A stretch of 63,318 nt of DNA, filler included, from Parasitella parasitica NRRL 2501 (lineage: Eukaryota; Fungi; Mucoromycota), in the NCBI GenBank assembly GCA_025201805.1. It is 5 parts of 5 records of this genome, joined end to end, with 100 filler letters (N's around TTAATTAATTAA, not from the genome) between each part and the next. Parts side by side here need not be neighbours in the genome. Positions count along the whole stretch, not along the records: positions 1 to 27,508 come from MU619439.1; positions 27,609 to 57,548 come from MU619441.1; 3 more parts are not named here. One strand, 5' to 3'. The notes below the pieces were generated by a model, which made no database searches, was not told the DNA's origin, and was given only the letters and a program-made list of their open reading frames with translations. The position numbers were made by a program, and so were the translations under genes. This document shows, piece after piece, positions 25,036 through 39,310 of this stretch (within the stretch, counting starts at the first letter, position 1; the number at the start of each line of letters is the position of its first letter).

Positions 25036-25850
25036 GTTGTTATATCAATAAGATGCCATAGAGCTTGTAGCAAGATCAAGCTGCTAAAACCAATATGCGT
25101 GGTAAATCAGGGGTTTACACCGCATGCTCTATATATAAATCTCGGTTACAGTCGGGTATGATGACGTTAGCACATAATGTTAGTTTATATGAATGCATCC
25201 AGAGGATGTTGTGCTGAAGTGATAGAACTTCCCACAAAAAGTAATTGAATGTCATCTCTTAAGGAGCTACCTTAGAGATTCCAAATCAAGCTAATAAACA
25301 GATTACCTAAATATCTAACCGTGAAACCGAGAAGCATTTATAAAAAGAAATCGAACCACAAACCACATTTGGAACGCATAGACCAACGTAAGGACTGGTC
25401 CATGCATGTCATTTACAAATGTGTCAGAAACATCGATATTAGAATACCGTACTTGATTATGTAAAATCAAATACAGAAAAACCTGACTGACAGTTACGGC
25501 GTAACTAACAGACAGACCGTTTACAACAACGAATATAAATAGAGTAGAAATGTCTAACCTTTGCACTTTATCCTATTCCAAAAAATAAAGAAGGAATTAA
25601 ATTGTATCTATTGTTGTTTTACACTTTTTATTACAGATGTATTTCTAATAAAAGTTTAACTCTTTTGCGGATTCATTTTACTGACATATTTTGACATAAG
25701 AAACAGTTTTAAAAAGTATTTTTTTTGTATATATTTTACTGGTAATTTCACACATATGCAAAGCAGATGTAATCTGCAGTAAGAACAATTTATTAATAAA
25801 GAAGTTTGACCTAAATGGTACAAAAAACGTCTCATTGCACGTATCAGTAC

Positions 25851-26110
25851 TGTCAGATCTCAAAGACGATGGGTAGCCCTTCTTGTATAACCCTAAATTA
25901 TACCCTGTTGTCAAGTAGATTGTTACTAGAAATTAGTCTTGGCAATTAGTAATAATCTAAATAAGTCACCATAAATTTACGTATTGTAGATTTAAAAAAG
26001 GCATCAATAGCCGATGCAATTTCAATTTTAAATAAAGTATCGCACGCGCGATATATCTTTAAGGTTTTGTATCCCGTTGACCTTTCGTTTTATATTTTTT
26101 GTATCCAACA
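25851..26110 (+). mobile_element. Solo LTR related to 1028-1256
   Basis: TGTCAGATC...ATCCAACA, colinear with the reverse complement of 1028-1256 (for example the shared ATCTAAATAAGTCACCATAAATTTA). The flanks AGTAC/ACCAC do not give a perfect TSD. Confidence 0.85.
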
Positions 26111-27175
26111 ACCACAGCTTCAGCAAATTCCAGAAATTCGCGAAATCTCACTTTAACAGAGGTACCAAAACATGGTATTTGGACAATGGAAATAGTGTGC
26201 TAATTGTTGTATCCATAGAAAGGCTACATATGTCATATCTAACTTAGTCATAATGCACGGATCATGATATTAATTGTTGGAAATTCTTTTACAAATAAGG
26301 AATAGGCTACAAGTTGTAATTGGACCTCTTGCAAGGTTCCAGGCTTATTCAAAGAGTACATCTAGATCAGATCGCGGGATGTCGGGAAGACATCCTACCC
26401 AATCTTCTCTTTAATATAAGATAGAAAGATAGGTCTGTCCTGGAAATGCTGTGATTTAATAAGGTTTGACACTTCTTGTCAAATATCAAATGTTATGTGG
26501 ATTGATGTATATTTCAGATATTTCAATACAATAAAAAGAGACTTGTAATAATTCACAGCTTTCAACTGTATCCGAACAATAAAAGAAGTATCTCGTTTAT
26601 TATGATATAAATACAGGGTATTTATATCTTCAATTATTTACTACAACTGAGATGGCAGCTGTAATAACCAATAGATTAATGTGATAGTATGTTGTCACTG
26701 TTGATGAACGAATAGAAAATACACCGTGTTAGCATTGTCAATTGGTTTGATATGTTTCATTGTTGAGATTGATCCAAGAATAGGAGCTGATGTAACATAT
26801 TGATATGTGCAAGTAGCTGTAGTGTACATTTTTGGTTACACATCTTTATATAGTAATTGATCAATCTTACTGCAAGTTGCATATGCTTTGCATATGTCAA
26901 CATTGATAATAAACAACCTTTTTCTCTCGTAAACTTAACTTTACATTATTTTACATACATTCCTCTCTAGTGTATATTTATTTATATTACAGAGAACTAG
27001 TCCTTTTATACGAACTTTATATTATTGAATAGTATCTCTTTGTTTTTACAGTCGGCAAACATACTATCTGTCAATTTAACATATTATTAAATGTAAGGGA
27101 AGTCCCTGCTAAATTTATCTCCTTTTTTGGACTATTTGGTCCAAACTTCAATGAAAAATGTGAGAATCCCGATAC

Positions 27176-27508
27176 TTTGATGGTTTTTTTACATGTAATA
27201 AACTGCTTGGATTTGTCAGTAGATAATTTATTTGAGTAGCATGTACCTTTCGCAATAAAACAAAATTAGCCTTGTATTTTTTACATGTTTTTACATATTT
27301 TTAATTGAATTTTGAAATTTGGCTGTATTCAAGCAAGTCTCGCAAAATAAATCGAACAACTTTTTGATGGTTTTTTACATAAAATATATTGCTTAGATTT
27401 ACTAGTGGATAATTTATTTGAATAGTATGCACCTTTTTAAATAAAACAAAATTAACCTTGTATTTTTTGCACGTTTTTACATATTTTTAATTAAATTTTG
27501 AAATTTGG
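27176..27508 (+). repeat. Tandem repeat with a ~187-bp unit, two diverged copies, cut by the gap
   Basis: TTGATGGTTTTTT.ACAT...GATAATTTATTTGA...AATAAAACAAAATTA.CCTTGTATTTTTT...TTTTGAAATTTGG occurs twice. Confidence 0.85.
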
Positions 27509-27608
27509 NNNNNNNNNNNNNNNNNNNNNNNNNNNNNNNNNNNNNNNNNNNNTTAATTAATTAANNNNNNNNNNNNNNNNNNNNNNNNNNNNNNNNNNNN
27601 NNNNNNNN
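27509..27608. other. Artificial contig linker (N-TTAATTAATTAA-N)
   Basis: The same 100-nt block, with stops in all six frames, also occurs at 57549-57648, 59230-59329 and 61630-61729. Confidence 0.97.
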
Positions 27609-30600
27609 ACAGTCTAGTAAACCGACAAAGTGAATTCGTAAAACGGCCATAGTAAATCTGAGAAATGGCCAATAAAAATTGAGAAACGGCCGATCATTTT
27701 CTAGTTAGCGCCATTTATTTTCTGGTAAACGACAAATATTTTTTTGTAATCGCCATTTATTTTTGTAAAACGGACAATATTTCCCGGCCGCACTGTATGT
27801 CAAGAAAATAATAGGTATATTGGATATGCATTCTAAATGTCCTATAACGGTAAATAAATTCTGCATCCAACCATGTAAATTAAAAGGCTATAAAAACACA
27901 TTTTCTTATCACCAATTTTCAAATATTCAAAAAACGCCCTTTTTGATAGTTTTTGAATAAAATCAATCAAATGTTGAGCAAATTCAGCTATATAAAGTTA
28001 ACCAAACAAACCATCCTATCAATAACTACATTTCAATATTTTTGTCACAACTGTAGCTCTATTATGTCTGCCAAAAATTAAAATCTTGTCTCGACGAAAA
28101 TGAATCTACGATTTTTCGGCCCTATGCTTAGAGGGCCAAAATGAAGCCATTCAAAAGGGTAAAAATCAATTCCGTTTTTCGAGATTTTCTCGCTCAGAAA
28201 CTGTTACTTTTTGACCAAACAAAAACCTTTAGGTAGCTATGTTGTAGCTCCATTTTTGTATTGCTCTATCATGTATCCTTATATACGATTTATTGCTCTG
28301 AAAGTTATGAAAATAAATCAAGCCTCTGCTAAAAACATTTGAAAAAATATTTTTTTCGACATATCTATCTAAAACCTAATACATCTACTAGAGAATCAAG
28401 TTTCAAAAAGATTTTAATAATCACTCAAGCCAAAGTGTCATAGTAGCTTTTTGAGAAACAGGCGGACAAAGTTTAACACAAAAAGACAAAATTGGCCCAA
28501 GCTTGTCGAATTCGAACTTGAATTTGACATGTGTAATACCAGTAGGTGTGCCAAACTGTGCTATATTACTTTATTTAGAAACTTGAACATGATTTAATTG
28601 CAAAATTATGCACTTGTTATAGGAGCATTTGCTGTAAAATTTGGAAAAATCTGCAAAATCTGGTTTTGGCAATATCTCGACAGCAAAGATAGATATTAAG
28701 AATCGAAAGTCGTAGTTATGTACAGTCATCATATCAGTACTTGGATGTATACTTGGCTTGGACCCCAAATCCGTACCTAAAAATGACCCTGAAGGCTGAC
28801 CCAAAGTTGAAAATCGAAAATCGAATATGAGGTTTGGGGTCCACAGATAGCAAAATCTGAAAAATGACTATACGTGCGTAAAACTCGGATATGTTGTAAA
28901 AATCTGCAAAAAAACAAGATTTTGGCTGAAGGTCGTGTCTCTATCGCTTAATAGTTTGTAACGATATCATAGATTGTAAATTATGCTTTTAAGCGGGGAT
29001 AACGGTGATGGTCATAATTAGATGGCATCTATTTTAACCAGACCATAAAGCTACATAAAAATAGCTTTTGAAATCATAGTTTACAGCATCTTGGCTATTG
29101 ATTCATATTTATACATAATCAGATTGCTTATGAAGTTCATGTTTTGCTCCTCAATTGAAATAGATGCTTCACTGCTAAAGGCGTATCTTTGCAGTGGTAA
29201 ATTCAAGCTCAGAAATATGTTGCCATTGCAACTTGATTGCTTAAAATAATAAGAGGATAATAGGTAAAATACTGCATACGTTTGTTAGTTGCTTTTTTTT
29301 GTCAGTCTTTCGGTTCTGCATCAAACCATATAAAATATTAGGCTTTAAAATCACTTTTTCATATTCCAAATGGTCTTGCTCGTGCAATTTTTGACGTTTT
29401 GGTTTCACAGCAAAAACAGCTTATAATTGGAGTACACACAAACGCATGGAGCCAGTCAAACAATCCATCACATCAATACATACATGTCAATATGTTGACC
29501 ACATCCATAATTCTCATTTTTGCGATAATAATTGAAATCTCGTGTCGACTGAAATGAATTCCCCCTGTTTTTTTTTGCGGTGGTATAGGTCATCAACTAA
29601 AACCTGGAGCCTTTCAATGGAATAAAAGTAGAAAATATACGTTTTTTAACGAAAAGATGGAATGGATATACATTTCGAAAAGAAAGGTATCATGTTTATT
29701 ATAGTTGATGTAGTCCATTTTGTTGTGCCAGTGTAAAGGGCGCAGCGAAATGTTGTGTAAATGTTATATGAAATCAAGTAAATAAGACTTTCTCTGAATA
29801 AAACCTGATACAAAATTGAAGACTTTTATTGACAGAAGATATGATCTCTATTTATACTAAAATATATCCTAATCAATGTTTATCCACACAACTTCTGATG
29901 TTTGACAGGAAGTGCCAATTATTATCAAATCACAGCATTTTCAGTGACAGGCCTATTCTTCTTCTATTTTGCATTAAAGAGAAGATGTGAGCAAGATTTC
30001 TTCCCGACATCCCGAGATCTGATCTTGATGTAATCTGTAAATACGTCTAGCTAGAGCCTTGCAAGAGGTTCAATTACAATTTGTAGCTTATCCCTTATTT
30101 GTAAAAGAACTACCAACAATAAATATCATGATCCGTACATTATAGACTATTTATCGTTGTCATCAGCCTTTTTGTATATCAAGGAATATAAGGCTTTATT
30201 TTATTATGTGAAAAGTGTATTCTTGTTTCGCCTGTTTCATTAAATAGCGTTTTAATGCCGAATTGGAACTTGGAACTAAAAGGAACGAGAAATTTTCATG
30301 TTATTAACGATCGGCACCCAATCAGTAGCAACGATGCTTCTTTAAGAATGGAGTACGTATGCTTTAGAGCGTGATTTACAGACCGGGACATATTATTGTC
30401 ATCATGTAATAATTATTGACGGACGATACGTTAACGACTGTGATGATATTTTTTAATTGCTCTTTAATACCCTGATACGATTTGTGATAATGAAGACCAA
30501 GTTGGTAAAATTCGAGTGTTTATAAATAACTGCCTGTAGATAAAATAATTATAATTGATGATGGATTTGTAAATGCTATAGAATACGAGGAAGTACAGGT

Positions 30601-31212
30601 TTTTATCATAAATAGTATTGAAAAGTACCTGCTACTTGTGAAGAAATCTCTGGACTGGTGGTTTTAACCCTGCCAGGATCAAACCTATTAATACTAGTAG
30701 AGTAAGATTGCAATATTTTGTTGGGGTTTAAAAGATCCTATTATCATTTGATAATAGAGGTTTAACTTTGAAAAGACAAAGAGAAAAATGTTGGAGTTAG
30801 TTTATTCAAAGTATATTATGTATGCTACCAACCAAAAGGAAGATTGGGAAATAATGACTAAGGGTATTTACACAAAATAGGTCTGGCCATTGAATCATAA
30901 AAACGGCAGCTTTAAAATAAAGTATAGCTTTCCAAAGACTAGTTGGAAGTTCAATAGTATTCATTAAGAGAGGCTATAGATTTCATTGAATTAACTTGAT
31001 TAGTGTATCCGCTGTTCATAAAAAAAAAGAAAGTTTGGTGATGCACCGAATTTTTTTCTTTAGTAGTAGTGTAAAGACATTTTTATTATATGAAGAATTA
31101 TTACATTAGCAAACGCGAAAAAGGATTTCGTGATAAAAGATTATTAAATAAATGAGTAGTAAATAAATTAATGGTGGATGATTTAGCAGCGCCTATTAAG
31201 CATGTCGCAATT

Positions 31213-34200
31213 TTACGATTTCTTTCGAGATTTTTTTCGCAAAGATATTTTCAACGTTCGAGATAAACTTTCGGCTCGAGATGTAGCTGCATTCTCAATC
31301 GCAGAATTACTGAAGGCATTTGTGCTGGATAATCCAGGACTACCTTCTGTAACCGGTCGAATAGAGAATGCTCGGCTGATGGGAGACATGATAGGAAGAA
31401 CAGGTAATACAGGCACACCGCCAATTCCAGGCGTTTGAGTGTTGGTATTCTGGCGAGAGAGTGAAGGTGATTGAATCTTGGAATCATCCATCTGCTGATG
31501 ACTATAAATACTGTTGTTCTCTGTCGACATACTGCTAGATAGTGTTGAGCGACGACGAATGAGTGAATTGGTTGTAGAGATTGAAAGCGACGGGTTTTCT
31601 TTGATTTCTTCTTTGATGCTCTTTGCCTGAAGCGATTTGATTTCTTCAGCAAAGTTCTTTTGGAAAACTAAAAAGAATCATTAATGACGATGTTTACACG
31701 ATGGTTTTAGTATAAGCTTACATTCTGTCAAGGTTGTATGGAAAGGCCGCATTTCAATGCTCACAAGCTTATTATGCGTCTCTAAACATTTCTTGATGAT
31801 CAAAACCTATTAAATAAAAATCTGTTCAGCATTTTACTCAATTTTTCGTGATGAAAGCACGTTATACCTGATCGTGAATGGCATTCTGAAGTCTGTAGAT
31901 CCAATGACGCATATCTGGATTTTTCTCCCAATAAACTTTACTTAGGAACGCCTTTTTATATAGGGGAACACCGCCATTGACAGGAGCATCGACGGCACCA
32001 TTGAGAGACATGGAAAACGGGTTAATATTGACGGGCTGTACTAAGCTAGACATACGACGACCATTCTTGGAAAGATAGGCAGCATATTTCTTTTCCAATG
32101 ATTCCAGTTCCTTGTTCTTGTTCTCCATGGCAGTTACCGCATTTTCAATGGGTGATATAACGCTTAATTGCGAGTTGATGATTTTGGATCTTCTCACTAT
32201 TGTTGGGAATTTATCTTCACATTCGAAATCAAATCTTTCGGTCCATAGATTCAAGAAATCAGATTCTGGCAGCTTTTCATTTTCGTCGCTTTTATCAATA
32301 TTGTCTCTGGTGACCGGACGAGAGAAGGAGAATTTGGATACATTATTGAATGAGTAATATTTCTTTATACTATCAGAAGCATTCGGGTTTGAAAGGCAGG
32401 GTATTTCATCTGTATCAGGAATAGGCGTCACTGGCGTAATCTGTAGATATTGGCCATCAAGTGTACTGTCAAGCTCCTTCAATTGGTCATCTGTTATTGA
32501 CATGGAATTAGATATTTTGCTTGGGAGCAGCTGGGCATTAGGGTGTCGGTTTTGCATTCTTTCTACAAATGAAGGCATCTTCTCCCACTCCAGACCACGG
32601 TAAATATACTGTCGATTTCGGTTACTAGCAGGGAAGCCACGGCCATAGAAGCCAACACGAAAGTATTCAGTAAAGCATCGTTCTTTCTTGACAATGTCAA
32701 GAGAGAATGTTGCTTGGCGTTGAAGAATCTCGCTCAGTTTGGTATAGTCATATAATGTGTTTTCATACTCATAAGCCAGTTCTTTGCACAATTCCACACA
32801 TATTTCCCAAGCATTTCCTTGATCCAAATAAGTAATCATCTTCATGTAAAGGCCTTCTTTACGAGTAAAAGAGCTTTGAGCAGGCAGCGATAAATCATGA
32901 ATCTCGACTAGCTTATCGCTTGGATCCCATTGTAGTAAATCAGCATGGAAACGTAGAGTCAGAGCAGCCTCAATAAAGTTGCGAGTATCCAGATGTAGTT
33001 GTACCAGTTGATGAACATATTTGATGTAGATCTCTTCCCTCTCAATAACTTGGATAAACTTCATAAGTTTTAACGTAGCAGTGATACGCTCATCCATGAA
33101 CTCGTCATCATCCGATGGTAAACTTCTGATTTGAAGTAGTAAGCCCAGGAATCTGCACAGAGATTCAACTGCTCTTGCACCAACAATCAAGCAATCTTGC
33201 CGGTTATCAGAAAGTAGTCTTTGCTCCAACGCTGCATTCAACTCGACCGTAATACGAGCATTTATAAACTCATTTCCCTTGTTTTCAGACATGACCAAAC
33301 GATCCAGAGTACTGATGATGACATGCTGCACATGCACCAGTTCGCCATACGAGTATAGTTCGATTGCAATGATATCAGCTATGATGGACAAAGCATCCAC
33401 TCGAACACGATCATGTAGAGTTAAACTTGCACAACACAAGTGGCTGAGAATGAAGTAAGCTAGATCCACTTGCAGGAATGACACTTCAGATTTAGCTAGA
33501 TTGCCCGTGAAATGCTCTTCGTTGATTGATGACAGGGGGACTTCATCGGTAGGGCCAATACGCACACTGTTACGTGCCGAGTAATTATTCATGTTGTTGC
33601 TGATCGTACTACTTGTGCGAGTGGAAAGGCTGTTGGAGTTGAAATCATGGTCATCGTCGTCTACTTCTTCAATAGATGTCATACTTTGACGAAGAGAGTC
33701 GTCATTGAAGTGGATGAGTTCAGATGTTGATGATACAGGCGATTGATGGACGACACCGTTCCCAAAGTAATCTGATAGCTGCTTGTTTGCTGTAACGTCA
33801 TAGTTATTCATAGTGTCAAATCCACTAGCCGTACAACTCGTGCTTTTACCAGCCAATTTCCACAGTGACAAAACTAACTTGGCACCGACTTCGCCCCGTC
33901 TATTGCCAACTATCTTCCAAACCGCACGCTGCACTTGGGGCATAGCTTCAGATATTTCTAACCTTGGACTGCCAACAACACGCAAGAACCCAACATAGTA
34001 TATTCTCCAAAGCAGCAATGTTGATCGCTGTTCAGCAACGGTAGCGTTTGTCTTTTGAGCAGTGTAATCTGGGGAAGATGCTGAAGATGCTGTTTCTTCA
34101 CTCATAGTAGGCAGTATTTCGTCATGTTCTTGAAGCATGTAAGCTTTTTCTGTAGGTATAAATGCTGGCAGCTCAAAAATAGCCTTGAGGGGCTCCAAGA

Positions 34201-37200
34201 TATCACACAGAATGATTTGATGAGCAATTGTGTCAAAATTAAGCCATGTCTGCGGGATTCTTCTCTTGTCTCGAGATTCATCTTGTTCACAGCGGGTCAT
34301 TCCATCTACAGTCAAGCTCGATTCTTCCAGTGTCAAAATGTTGTCACCAAATAAAATACCCATACAAGTATACACAATCTTGCGCAGGAATTCAGCCGTG
34401 CGTTCAATGCCATCTTGGACCTGCATCTTTTTGATAAACATAACCCATTGCTGCTTTGGTGTCATGCAGAATAACTCCAAAAATACAACGGTTAGGTCCA
34501 ATAGACCAGTGCTTATCATAGCTGCTTGATCATTGGTTAAACCCTGATCAGACGATGTATTGGAACTTTTAGCTGTAGGCTGGAATGGATATGTGCTTGG
34601 AAAAGGCGTACCAGGCGATGTTGATAAGGCTTGCAGTACAACCGTAAACTTGGACTTGTTTCTGCTGTTGCTGTTGCTGCTGCTGTTGCTATTGCTATTG
34701 CTGTTGGTACTGGCGTTGGTACCGCTTGAGCCGGTGGTTGCAGACGCAATCCCTCCCATCCCAAAGGAAGCCGATCTTTGGTAATGACTGCCGTGCATTT
34801 CTTGAACAATTTCAGGTGATAGCAGAGGGCTTTTACTAGTTGCACTAATTGAGTGGGATCTTTCGCCCAAGATACCAAAAGATTGACGAGAAAGAGGTCT
34901 TGGTGTTGTAGTCATTGTTGCACTACCATTTACATGTGTGTCAGAGGCAGAGGAGCCCGGCGGGGCACTGGAGACGTGGATGGCTTGGACAGTCAGTCTT
35001 TGGATGTCTTTGTACGCACTCATTAACTGAGGCACTAGTTGTAACGCATGCTCAGTTATCAAGCTTAAATCAGTAGCAGAGCACTCTTGACTAAATCCTT
35101 CGTCCTCATTCACAGCTGTAAACGATGTAGGTCTAGAATGATTGCTAATGGCGGGCGACGATATGCAAGAAGATGTCAATCCAGAGGAAATCATGCCAAA
35201 CGATTTTCTCACTCTGTCCAGCAGTTCACTAAATATCGTCGTCGATAATCGCAAATTCTCGATCCACTGTGATCTTGGTAGTCGAGTTTGCTGGGAGTTG
35301 TTATTATCAGGATTCAACTGTTGCTGCTGCTGCTCCACTTGTCTAGCAAAGATCACGTCTTTAGCTGTTGCCATGTAAGAGTTCAACCAAAGTCTGATCC
35401 ATCGAATCACATTTTTTGCCATTTCAAGTCTGCAGGATGGATAGTCAAACGTAGGGCCCTTCACTATACCGAGTATCATGGCTAATTTGAAGCCAACTAA
35501 TCTTCCCGTTACATGGCTGCAGGCGTCTACAAAGTGCACCGCTACTTTGACAACTTGCTCAGGAGAGAATATTTTGTGCAATTCAACCAGGATGTCAGCA
35601 AAATGTTGCAGCGCCAGGGTCTGTGTGCCGATCATGGATCCAGGGTGTGATGGGCTCATGATGCTCGTAATTTCCTGCAACAGTTTCTCCAAGTCTTTTC
35701 TGAACAAATCATCATTGATAGCACGTTCGATTTCCTGCTCCTTTTGCTGCTGATTCAACCGAGACCTTACGATAAATCTAAAGAGATAATCCCACACTTT
35801 CATGCTGCTTCTTAACAGTTTGGCCTTGGAGGAGTTGCTAGGATCTTCACATAGGCGAGACAGACTTGCCATCAAATGGTCAAACGTCTTTTCTGACGCA
35901 ACGCGATAGCCGTAATTACGAGTTTCTCGTTTGCTGCTACTGGAAAGCTGCTGGTTCTGATCTTGATGATCCTGAATTGAGAATCTATTTTCAATATAGA
36001 CATCCAAAACAGGCCTAAAATTGCTAAATCGACGATCTTGGACAATGCCCAGCAGCCATACAATTGCCGCAAACACTTGGTCGTGAATTTCCGTGGTTAC
36101 TAGACGGCTGATCTCATCATCCTCAAATGTCAAAATATCCAGTAGCGCATCAAAAATATCGCCCAGGAACTTGACAACCTCCACTTCACCCACAAACGTG
36201 AATTGGTCCAACACTGAGAGCAATTCCGCTGTGCTGTCCTCGGCACCTTCAATCAAAGCGCGCCAGTTGAGCAGTTTGACTAGAACTGTATTTTGGGTAA
36301 ATTTGTTGGAGCATAGAAATGTGTTGAGGGTGATTGTATCGCGTATTAACACAAGTTTCGGATTAGAAGACGACTGCTGTTGAAATGATGGGGAGGTCAA
36401 AGCATTCAAATCGATTGCACTCGTAGACGTACTCGTTGTGTTGAAGGCAGTGGCAGATGAGTTGAAGGATTTGAAGCTTATGCTCGAAGGCGATTGAGTA
36501 TGACCTTTTATACGGTATGCGGAACGTGGCGATTTGCTGACGACGTCTACAGAGTGTTGCGACATATTCGATGGCGCAGTCGATCGAGCACACCAAGGTG
36601 TAGTGTCTAGATAATGGCTGGGAACTGACAGCTGCTGTCGATCATATTTGTACAGATTCAGCGTGTGGGATCCATCAGCAATAAAATCACGGTGCAGAGG
36701 GGGTAAAAATAGCGGCAGAAATCCCATGGCAATGATTTTTTCGCTACCGCCAGACGTTGCTGATACGACAGAGGTTGAGGCGTCGATTGACGATTCTGCT
36801 CCATTTGAGGCCTGATGTCCATTGCTTCCAAATTTGAGCTTGGGCGCACTGGACCCTGAAGCAGCTACAAAATTACTGCTGCGATGTTTTACTGTAACAA
36901 ATACGTGTGAGCGTTCCCACTGTTGCAGATCCTCGATGTTGATCTTGATCAGTTCTCCCCATCTTGGACGCTGTTCGTGGTAGATGACCATGCTCTCCCA
37001 GTAACTCACTGGCCGTGCACCAGCGCCTACAGATATAGCATTGTCTATCACTTCTCCAGTTTTGTCGTCGCGAACACACATGGTCACTTGGATGTTGCGA
37101 GACCTGCCAAACTGACTGAGGTCGCCAAACTCAAGTTTGATGTACAAATCGTTGCGGCTGTCATCAGGAAACGCAACATCAGCAAAGCCCAAGCGCAGTG

Positions 37201-39049
37201 TCTGCGGTATATCCTGTAGCAGGGCAGCGTTTGTCTTGAGCACCTCGTCCAGAAAACCGTAAAATGTCCGTAGCGAGACTCGCAGTGATTCGGCGCGCGG
37301 ATTCTTGTGAAAAGACTTGGTGTTGTCAAAGATAATGTCCTCGTGTAACATGGTATAGTTGGTCTCTGAGACGGCAGCATAAATTGGCATATCGTGCTCC
37401 ACCGTTGTGGACTTGTCATCGCTGCTGTGCAACAAGGTTAATGAACTGAGCTTCAAGACTGCACAGCCAAATGGCCGTCGGCACATGGAATTAGCAGTAA
37501 TGGATGATGCCAAAGGTTTCTGAAACGACGAGTGCAAATGCTTGTTGGAGTGGAAGAGTTGAGAGGTGTGCACTCCAATGCCACCAAAATGGTCCTTGCC
37601 ATCGTTTAGTTTCATCCCCCCTAAACGGACCACATGACACACCATGTAGACATCATCTGTGATATCGTGTAATGATAGATCAACAAATAACGCATGCAGC
37701 TTTCCAATCTGCGTTTCGTCCTTTGGCATTCCATTGAAATTGAGGACAACGACGAATTGCTCGGTCAGAAACTTGCGCTCTATGGCGCTGTACAGAGAAA
37801 AGTAAAGCTCCGTGAATTCTCCTGGTTGACAGATATGGGCGACACACGCTTTGAGTTCGAAAAACAAGTGGTAGAATTTTGCTCCTTTTGGCTGTTGAGG
37901 AGGAGGAGGAGGAGGAGGAGGAAGAGGAGAAGAAGGACCAGATCTTTGCTGAGGAGACAATGGTGCATTGGCAGCAGCTGAGCTAAACGAATTGGATGTG
38001 GTGGTTGTACTCGCCGAATGATTCGATAATGCATTATCCACTAACTTGCTAGTCGAGGTATTTGTAGCGTATTTGAAATGCATTCGGTAAATGGTGCTCA
38101 ATGATGCGTTTGTAACATTCAGCAAATAGCCCTTGTCAGGGTGCCGAATAATCATGTCTTGGTGTTGCTCCATATTCGCTGCAACCATTCGATTTATAAT
38201 GTCTTTGCGAAGTCGTGCCAGTTCCTCTCTAGATAAAGCTTGGTCCAACAGCTGTCTCCGTGCCTGAAAGAGGTAATTGATGTGATCTCGAACAGCATTA
38301 AAGGTGCTGTACTGGCGCTGGTTGACGTAGGTATACAGTAGACTATTCCATTCGCTCACACAAGCTGCAATTTCGTCAATTAAAGGCTCTGAGCTACCTG
38401 TAATCGTCGACTGATCAAATCGTGCCAATGGTAATGGCGGTGGGGGTATAGGAGGAGCCGACCTTTTCAAATCAGGTGCCTCAAATTCAAAGTTTAAATC
38501 GCCAAAACTACCGGGACGAATTGTGGAAGGCTGGTCTAATGCGTTGGGAATGTATGAGTCTGACAAAGATCGAGGCAAAGGGCTCAATTCTGATAATCGC
38601 CTCGACAAAGACGGCGCCTCTCTGCTTTTGCTGTATGTCACGGTGTCTGCTTTGTCAAGGTCAATGTCGAGATATTCTTTGATTTGGACATGAGTTCTAG
38701 GGAAGCAGCCAATCGGAGCCTTACTGGGCTTCACGCCCTGTTCAAGAGGACATGACACATATCCTCTGTACCATTGACCATGCTGCTCTATGATAAACAA
38801 GTCATCACCCACTTCCAATGGTATTAAATGGCTGTAATCCTCTGCCTGGCTGGACTGTTGATCGACGCTACAAGATGATGTCGTACAGAATGATATGTCG
38901 TCTTGCTGTTGTGTTGATAAAACACCCGAAGAGGGTCGAGTCGTAGTTGGGGTAGTTGCCAAAGTAGTTGTGCTTGACGAAATGCTTGAAGGGGAAAATG
39001 GATAAATGGCGATGCCATGAGCAATTTTTGGTAATGGAAGCCACTTCAT
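31213..39049 (-). CDS. DOCK-family Rac/Cdc42 GEF (SH3, C2/DHR-1, DHR-2), 3 exons
   Basis: N-terminal MKWLPLPKIAHGIAIYPF plus SH3 (LEVGDDLFIIEQHGQWYRGY...GCFPRTHV); RNDLYIKL; YIKYVHQLVQLH; YFRVGFYGRGFP; SPIENA; DHR-2 sensor LNGAVDAPVNGG. Introns at about 31808-31868 and 31669-31722. Confidence 0.93.
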
Positions 39050-39053
39050 ATTG

Positions 39054-39124
<71 letters not shown>

Positions 39125-39310
39125 GCTGTTCCATAAATGTAAATAACAGAACGATATTCTTTGTTCTCCTCTGAACAATGTGTGTTTCCAATACCTCTAA
39201 AAAAAGTCAAAATTTGAAAATGTTTATTTCTGATTTCGGTATTCTTGCAGCGTCTATGCTTGTTACCCTTTAGAACAACACTGTCAAATACAAGCTGGTA
39301 ATGATGGAGG

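Larger units (their letters stand above)
26245..30149. mobile_element. Segment bounded by ~300-bp diverged inverted repeats (about 26245-26540 and 29850-30149): a TIR element or two copies of one repeat
   Basis: Left TAGTCATAATGCACGGATCATGATATT...CTCTTGCAAGG...GGGATGTCGGGAAGA matches the reverse complement of the right TCTTCCCGACATCCCG...CCTTGCAAGAGG...AATATCATGATCCGTACATTATAGACTA. The segment spans a contig linker. Confidence 0.6.

Noticed and set aside
27509-27608. Recurrent TTAATTAATTAA palindrome (also near 57593, 59274 and 61674)
   Set aside because: It is always centred in identical 100-nt N blocks, so it is an assembly linker and not biology.
39050-39178. Poly-lysine N-terminal extension of the 2438-aa DOCK ORF
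   Set aside because: It arises from translating a homopolymer run from a non-ATG start; the DOCK-like N-terminus begins at MKWLPLP (39049).
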